43,394 bases of DNA from Clostridium sp. UBA4746 (lineage in GTDB: Bacteria; Bacillota; Clostridia; Clostridiales; Clostridiaceae). Location of the stretch: the NCBI GenBank assembly GCA_002403785.1, contig DHIM01000338.1, positions 25,859 to 69,252 on the forward strand, in the 5' to 3' direction. The position numbers and the translations under genes are program-made. Shown piece after piece: positions 37,939 to 43,394 of the stretch (position 1 is the stretch's first letter; each line of letters starts with the position of its first letter). The notes under the pieces are model-generated. The model was not told the origin of the DNA, searched no databases, and saw only the letters and a program-made list of their open reading frames with translations.

Positions 37939-39264
37939 ATGGTTAAAACGCTATATGAAAAATGGATGGAAGATAGAATTTTTATGGAAACTGGGGATAG
38001 AAAACTTTCTATGGAAGGCTTAAAATCATATCAATTGGGAGAAATTAGAAAGACTATAAATATCGCTAAGAAAAGTAAGTTTTATGGTGAAGCATTAAAA
38101 GATATTTATAGTGATGAAATTAAAGACTTTGGAGACTTTAGAAAAATACCATTTACTACGTCGGGAGATTTAGTGAAAAATCCAAAAAGTTTTTTGTGTA
38201 CAACACTAGACCAAATTTCAAGGATCGTAACTATGACTTCTTCAGGAACTACTGGGATGCCTAAAAGAATTTTTTTTACTGAAAATGATCTTAAAGCTAC
38301 AGAGGAATTTTTTGCATATGGAATGCTAAATCTTGTAATTCCAGGTCAAAGAGTACTTATATTAATGCCAGGAAGTAGCCCCTCAAGTATAGGCAAACTT
38401 TTGAAGGAAGGCCTTGATAAGGCAGGGTGTAAAGGAATTATATATGGACCTGTATTTGGTATTTGGGATGCTTTAGAAACAATAAAATTAAATAAGATTG
38501 ATTGTATTGTAGGATTACCAATTCAGGTGTTTTATCTAGCAAAACTTAAAAGCAGCTATGTTAGGTATAAAAATTTAGAATTAAAAAGTATTCTTTTGAG
38601 TGCAGACTATGTGCCAAGAACTTTATGTAGTGCCGTGAGTAGAGCATTTAACTGTCCTGTATTTACTCATTACGGCATGACTGAAATGGGATATGGAGGT
38701 GGAGTGGAATGCAACGCTCTTAATGGTTATCATATGCGAGAAGTGGATTTGCATACTGAAATAATTGATCCATTAACAGGGCAAAATGTTTCGGAAGGTA
38801 GCTATGGAGAAGTGGTATTTACAACACTTAGGAGAGAAGGAATGCCGCTTATAAGATATAGGACTGGCGATGTTTCTAGGTTTTTGCCTAAAAATTGCTC
38901 CTGTAGTAATGCATTTAAAAGAATGGATTATGTGAAGGGAAGGATGGCAGATTATTTAAAGTTAAAAGATGGGCAGCTTCTTTCTATAGGAATGATAGAT
39001 GAAATTATGTTTGGAATTGAAAATGTGCTTGATTACACAGCTAGTATTAGCATTAAAGAAAAAGCAGTACTTAGTTTGTGTATAAAGCTTGTGAATCCAC
39101 AAGTTTCTATAAGATTTAGGGATATTGAAAATTGTATTAGGCGCGATAAGTACTTAGGAATATTAATAGAAAACAATAATATTCTTATAGAATTTAGCAC
39201 TATAATAGATGATATTGAAATTAGTAATGGAATGATAAAACGAAAAATATCATATAATTTATAA
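37939..39264 (+). CDS. PaaK/F390-synthetase-like AMP-forming ligase, DVU_1553-like
   Basis: TSSGTTGMPK, HYGMTE, GEVVFTTL, PLIRYRTGD; SD GGAG favours ATG 37939. Confidence 0.87.
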   Translation: MVKTLYEKWMEDRIFMETGDRKLSMEGLKSYQLGEIRKTINIAKKSKFYGEALKDIYSDEIKDFGDFRKIPFTTSGDLVKNPKSFLCTTLDQISRIVTMTSSGTTGMPKRIFFTENDLKATEEFFAYGMLNLVIPGQRVLILMPGSSPSSIGKLLKEGLDKAGCKGIIYGPVFGIWDALETIKLNKIDCIVGLPIQVFYLAKLKSSYVRYKNLELKSILLSADYVPRTLCSAVSRAFNCPVFTHYGMTEMGYGGGVECNALNGYHMREVDLHTEIIDPLTGQNVSEGSYGEVVFTTLRREGMPLIRYRTGDVSRFLPKNCSCSNAFKRMDYVKGRMADYLKLKDGQLLSIGMIDEIMFGIENVLDYTASISIKEKAVLSLCIKLVNPQVSIRFRDIENCIRRDKYLGILIENNNILIEFSTIIDDIEISNGMIKRKISYNL

Positions 39265-39309
39265 AATAACTAGTACCTTGTACACAACATTATACGAGGA
39301 GTGATGAAC

Positions 39310-39801
39310 GTGATAAAAACCGCAATATTAACCATGAGTGATAAAGGTTCTAGAGGAGAAAGAATTGATGGGACAGGTCCTGCACTAAGGAGTCAATTAG
39401 AAGATAAGGGATATATTATAAGTTTTTATAAAATGATCCCTGATGAAAAAAATGAAATAGAAAGAGAATTGATTTATTTATGTGACGAACTTAAGGTGGA
39501 TCTAATTTTAACTAATGGAGGAACGGGGTTTTCACAAAGAGATGTTACTCCAGAGGCAACTCAAAATGTAATTGAGAAATATGTACCTGGTTTTGGTGAA
39601 GTTATGAGAATGAAATCACTCCAAATTACATCAAATGCTATGCTTTCAAGAAGTATCGCAGGAATTCGCGGAAAAACCTTAATCATTAATCTTCCTGGAA
39701 GTCCCAAAGGCGCTGTAGAGAATCTTCAATTTGTGTTGCCAGCAATTCCACACGGAATTGAAATACTGAAAGGTGAGGCTAGCGAGTGTGCTAAAAGTTA
39801 G
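39310..39801 (+). CDS. mog: Molybdopterin adenylyltransferase MogA/MoaB
   Basis: SDKGSRGERID, TNGGTG, RDVTPEAT, NLPGSPK; GAGGAG favours GTG 39310. Confidence 0.92.
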   Translation: MIKTAILTMSDKGSRGERIDGTGPALRSQLEDKGYIISFYKMIPDEKNEIERELIYLCDELKVDLILTNGGTGFSQRDVTPEATQNVIEKYVPGFGEVMRMKSLQITSNAMLSRSIAGIRGKTLIINLPGSPKGAVENLQFVLPAIPHGIEILKGEASECAKS

Positions 39802-39839
39802 CAAGTGTGCTAGAATCTAGCAAGTGCACTAAAAGTTAG
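39780..39839. repeat. Three imperfect tandem 19-bp repeats at the mog-moaA junction
   Basis: TAGCGAGTGTGCTAAAAGT, TAGCAAGTGTGCTAGAATC, TAGCAAGTGCACTAAAAGT. Confidence 0.85.
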
Positions 39840-39870
39840 TGGAAATAATTGAACTTTAGTAGACGATTTT

Positions 39871-40830
39871 ATGATAGATAGTCATGGAAGAAACATCAAT
39901 TATTTAAGGATATCAGTAACTGACAGATGCAATTTAAGGTGTGTGTATTGCATGCCAGAGCAGGGCATCAAAAGTTTAAGTCATGAGGATATTTTACGCT
40001 TTGAAGATACTTTAAAAATTGTAAAGGCAGCTGCCTTGCTAGGTATTAATAAAATAAGATATACTGGTGGAGAACCATTGGTTATGAAAGATATAGACAA
40101 ACTAATATATGAAACCTCAAAACAACCAGGAATAAATGAAATTGCAATAACTACAAACGGTATTTTACTCAATGATATGGCAGCTGATCTTAAAAAGGCT
40201 GGACTTAAAAGGGTTAATATTAGCCTTGATACTTTAGACAGAGAAAAGTATAAAAGCATAACAAGAATAGGAAATTTAAATAAGGTAATGGAAAGTATAG
40301 ACAAATGCTTAAGCCTTGGATTAAAACCTGTTAAAATTAATACGGTATTAATGAGAGGTTTTAATGATACAGAGTTTGAGGATTTTTTAAATTTAACTCG
40401 TGAAATGCAAGTAGAAGTAAGATTTATTGAACTCATGCCCATAGGGGAAGGTATTAAGCTTTATGATAAAAGCAAAATTAGTTTTATGGAGATACTAAAA
40501 AATCATCCTGAGTTAACTCAAATGGAAAATGAAAAAAGTAGCACTGCCCAAATGTACAAGCTTGAAGGGGCAAAAGGGAAAATTGGCTTCATTAGCCCTG
40601 TAAGTTGCAAATTTTGTTCGGATTGTAATAAAATTAGGCTTACGTCGATTGGAACTATTAAACCATGTCTTCATTCAAAAGAAGAGATAAACCTTAAGCA
40701 ATACCTAAATAATGAAGATATGCTTACAAATGTTTTGAAACAAGCAATTTTTGATAAGCCAATTGAACATCATCTAGAGGAAGAAAAAATTAGTAGAAGT
40801 GAAAAAATGATGTATCAGATAGGGGGATAA
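39871..40830 (+). CDS. moaA: GTP 3',8-cyclase MoaA
   Basis: [23 protein letters not shown]...PCL, C-terminal IGG. Confidence 0.97.
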   Translation: MIDSHGRNINYLRISVTDRCNLRCVYCMPEQGIKSLSHEDILRFEDTLKIVKAAALLGINKIRYTGGEPLVMKDIDKLIYETSKQPGINEIAITTNGILLNDMAADLKKAGLKRVNISLDTLDREKYKSITRIGNLNKVMESIDKCLSLGLKPVKINTVLMRGFNDTEFEDFLNLTREMQVEVRFIELMPIGEGIKLYDKSKISFMEILKNHPELTQMENEKSSTAQMYKLEGAKGKIGFISPVSCKFCSDCNKIRLTSIGTIKPCLHSKEEINLKQYLNNEDMLTNVLKQAIFDKPIEHHLEEEKISRSEKMMYQIGG

Positions 40831-40834
40831 AGTA

Positions 40835-41749
40835 ATGGAATTTACGCATATAAATGAAGAAGGAAGAGCTAAAATGGTGGATGTATCTGAAAAAATTGAT
40901 ACTGTTCGGGAAGCGGTAGCAGTTGGGTCAATATCAATGAAAAGAGAAACTCTGGAAAGAATAAAGGATGGGTCTATTTCAAAAGGAGATGTATTAGCTG
41001 TAGCGCAGGTAGGAGGAATTATGGGTGCGAAAAGCACTTCTCAAATAATACCAATGTGCCATCCTATAATGATATCTGGTTGTAATATTAGCTTTAAAAA
41101 CGACTTTGAAAACAATAAAATTGAAATAAAAGCAACAACTAAAACGGTAGGAAAGACCGGCATTGAAATGGAAGCACTTACTGCGGTATCTGTTGCAGCA
41201 TTAACTATTTATGATATGTGTAAGGCAATTGATAGGGGAATGGTAATAAATAATATTATGCTTGTGAAGAAAAGTGGGGGCAAATCAGGAATATTTGAAA
41301 AGGAAGGCGCTGTAATGGCAAAGGTTATTGCTGTTAATATAAGTGAAAAAAAAGGTGTAATAAAACACCCTATCAAGAAAGGTTTTTTTAAATTTAATCA
41401 TGGACTTGATGGAGATGCACATGCAGGAAATTGGCATAGACAGGTGAGTCTTCTTGGGGTTGAGAGCATTGATAAAATGAAAGATAAAGGAGCTACAGAC
41501 TTAAGTGCAGGAAATTTTGCTGAAAACATTACTACAGAGGGAATAGTTTTGTATGAGCTTCCTGTGGGAACTAAGCTTAAAATTGGAGAGGTAGTTTTAG
41601 AGGTAACACAGATAGGAAAGGAATGTCATACAGGCTGTGCAATCAAAAAGCTGGTTGGTGACTGTATAATGCCAAGAGAAGGCATATTTGCTAAGGTAAT
41701 AGAAGAAGGGTATATTAAACCTGGAGATGATATTGTAGTAGAAGAATAA
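40835..41749 (+). CDS. moaC: MoaC fused to a MOSC domain
   Basis: [31 protein letters not shown]; then GDAHAG, RQVSL, FAEN, GKECH..C, CIMPREG. Confidence 0.93.
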   Translation: MEFTHINEEGRAKMVDVSEKIDTVREAVAVGSISMKRETLERIKDGSISKGDVLAVAQVGGIMGAKSTSQIIPMCHPIMISGCNISFKNDFENNKIEIKATTKTVGKTGIEMEALTAVSVAALTIYDMCKAIDRGMVINNIMLVKKSGGKSGIFEKEGAVMAKVIAVNISEKKGVIKHPIKKGFFKFNHGLDGDAHAGNWHRQVSLLGVESIDKMKDKGATDLSAGNFAENITTEGIVLYELPVGTKLKIGEVVLEVTQIGKECHTGCAIKKLVGDCIMPREGIFAKVIEEGYIKPGDDIVVEE

Positions 41750-41831
41750 GTGTTATTATTGGATATAGTGAAGTTCACATAACAGATTAACGGATTATGA
41801 CCTTGCGAGGGGTTAGATTCATCTTTATCTG

Positions 41832-41885
41832 CCAATATCAATGGCTCTAGCTTGTTTTGCTAGAGCCATTGATATTGGTATTTTT
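41832..41885. terminator. Perfect 20-bp inverted repeat between convergent genes
   Basis: CCAATATCAATGGCTCTAGC (41832-41851) / GCTAGAGCCATTGATATTGG (41859-41878), T-tail on the + strand. Confidence 0.88.
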
Positions 41886-41907
41886 GTCTGAATATTTATT
41901 CAATATG

Positions 41908-42996
41908 TTATTTCCAGAAATACTCTATTATTACATCCATAATTCCACCACATACCATACCTTCATCTTCAGCAATGGCACCTGTCATGTCTATGCTTTG
42001 AATTTGATATCCGCCATTTCTGAGTACATCGCGGGCGGTATTAATTACTTCTCCTTCACTACACCCTCCGCCGATACTTCCTAAAATCTTTCCATAGGGC
42101 CAAACAATCATTTTAGCTCCTTCTTTTCTTGGAACTGAACCTTTCGTAGAAACAATTGTAATGATTGCCTTTGGAGAATTTTCTTCTTTGCACAATTCCA
42201 TTAATACATCAGGGTCAAATTCAGGCCAATTATTTTTTATAGGTTTAGTAATAACATTGGTTATATCACCGAGTCTCCTATATCTTATGACCTGAGATAT
42301 AATAGAAAATGCTATTTCATCAGGTGTAACTGCGCCTATCTCAAGACCTATTGGGGCATTGACTTTGCCTAATTTCTCTTGAGAATAACCTTCACTTACC
42401 ATTTGTTCCATAACACTTTTAACACGGCGTTTTGAACCAATCATTCCAAGATATGCAGTATTATGTTTTAAAACTTGTCTGAGACAATCCATATCATGTC
42501 GATGACCTCGAGTTACAATAACAACATAGGCAGACTTATTTAAATTAACAAGGTCGGAACAGTGATCGAAACTCTCACAAATTACTTTCTGCGCAGTAGG
42601 AAATCGTTCACCATTTGCAAATGATGGTCTGTCATCGATAACTGTAACCGAAAATCCTGCCTTTGAACCGAATTCAGCTAAGGGCTTAGCGATATGTCCA
42701 CCACCTAAAATTATTAATCGTGGCTCAGGAAAATATGGTTCAATTAAATAAGTCTCATTTTGAGAAGATTTAACAAACTGAAGATTACCGGTTTCTAAAG
42801 CATATTTTGCCTTTTGGTAAAGTAATTCATCTAAATCAGATATACGTTTATATGCGTTCAGACTTTCCACAGTAAAAAGAGTTTTGTTCTGAGTCGGTTT
42901 ATTTTCACAATCTTTGTTAGCAAGCATTGTAATCATAACGGCATTATTTCCAGCGTCAACTTCGTTTAGTAGATTTTTATAGGTATCTACATTCAT
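41908..42996 (-). CDS. xdhC: XdhC/CoxI-family Moco chaperone
   Basis: GGGHIA, DDR, VTRGHRHD, YLGMIGS, APIGL; GSVPRKEGAKM, GSIGGGC.E, CGG; SD GGAGG on the - strand. Confidence 0.92.
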   Translation of the reverse strand: MNVDTYKNLLNEVDAGNNAVMITMLANKDCENKPTQNKTLFTVESLNAYKRISDLDELLYQKAKYALETGNLQFVKSSQNETYLIEPYFPEPRLIILGGGHIAKPLAEFGSKAGFSVTVIDDRPSFANGERFPTAQKVICESFDHCSDLVNLNKSAYVVIVTRGHRHDMDCLRQVLKHNTAYLGMIGSKRRVKSVMEQMVSEGYSQEKLGKVNAPIGLEIGAVTPDEIAFSIISQVIRYRRLGDITNVITKPIKNNWPEFDPDVLMELCKEENSPKAIITIVSTKGSVPRKEGAKMIVWPYGKILGSIGGGCSEGEVINTARDVLRNGGYQIQSIDMTGAIAEDEGMVCGGIMDVIIEYFWK

Positions 42997-43281
42997 GGTT
43001 TCATTCCTCCTGCTACATTTATTTTTAATGGTTATTATAATATAAAATTAAGCTGATTTTAAATACACTATATGAAGTTGTAGGTAATATACAACCTATT
43101 CTAGGGGTTAAGAACTGTAGTTACTGAGTATTTATTGCTTATTATTTTCTGATACTCTAATTGTATCAATAATTGTGATAGTTTTAAACAAAAACATTGT
43201 GATATTGGTTTAAATAGATTCTATAAAATTTTACAAGTATTTGATTAAAGATAAAAATATGCTTTAAATAAAACTTAAATA

Positions 43282-43290
43282 TGGTATAAT
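43282..43290 (+). promoter_or_regulatory. Extended -10 promoter element of the tRNA gene
   Basis: TG-G-TATAAT about 20 bp upstream of the tRNA 5' end. Confidence 0.6.
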
Positions 43291-43311
43291 ATAAAATGCA
43301 ACTTAATGTAT

Positions 43312-43394
43312 GGAGAGATGTCCGAGTGGCCTATGGTACCTGCCTCGAAAACAGGCGAACGGGTTATTCCGTTCCGGGGGTTCAAATCCCCCTT
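43312..43394 (+). tRNA. tRNA-Ser(CGA), 3' end cut by the window edge
   Basis: GGAGAGA acceptor strand, D-arm CCGAGTGG, anticodon loop CT-CGA-AA (CGA 43346-43348), long variable arm, T-arm GGGGG-TTCAAAT-CCCCC. Confidence 0.93.

Noticed and set aside
39780..39839. 19-bp repeats as a CRISPR array
   Set aside because: No spacers, degenerate copies, overlap with a coding end
41750..41863. TGA at 41798 (GL-U-PC) followed by a hairpin as a selenocysteine/SECIS signal
   Set aside because: In-frame TAA stops at 41747 and 41780 precede it, there is no start or SD after them, and the TGA lies in the stem
1765..42084. Numerous short antisense or alternate-frame ORFs in the ORF track (e.g. 5859-6473, 17240-17677, 30433-30684, 39981-40442, 41857-42084)
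   Set aside because: They lie within well-supported genes, show shadow-frame composition and lack motifs or SD sequences
43000..43394. tRNA-anchored genomic island boundary
   Set aside because: No integrase, no duplicated tRNA fragment and no evident compositional break in the window; the tRNA 3' side lies outside it

Overview
Low-GC, Clostridium-like chromosomal window of catabolic operons, almost all on the + strand. No mobile element or CRISPR array is visible. (1) A sorbitol PTS operon (PRD regulator, gutM, srlA, srlE split into two genes, srlB, srlD). (2) A chemoreceptor gene. (3) A FadR/LldR- and Rex-controlled lactate operon (Etf beta/alpha, FAD-dependent LDH, permease, LarA racemase), resembling the electron-confurcating lct system. 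(4) A sigma54/LevR-like-regulated galactitol-family PTS with an arabitol-phosphate-dehydrogenase-like enzyme and non-oxidative pentose phosphate genes. (5) A ~18 kb sigma54-controlled Mop-type molybdenum aldehyde oxidoreductase cluster with Moco genes and an uncharacterised accessory cassette: Fe-S flavoprotein, CxxC mini-protein, methyltransferase, C-GCAxxG-C-C protein, a radical SAM enzyme with the Tes/GDGT-MAS metal-site layout, MocA-HD, histidine phosphatase and a PaaK-like ligase. (6) A 3'-truncated tRNA-Ser(CGA). The best leads are the Mop accessory cassette and a conserved motif abutting three sigma54 promoters, whose likely activator carries RpoN-box-like HTH domains. All family calls come from motif recognition by eye; no database search was run.
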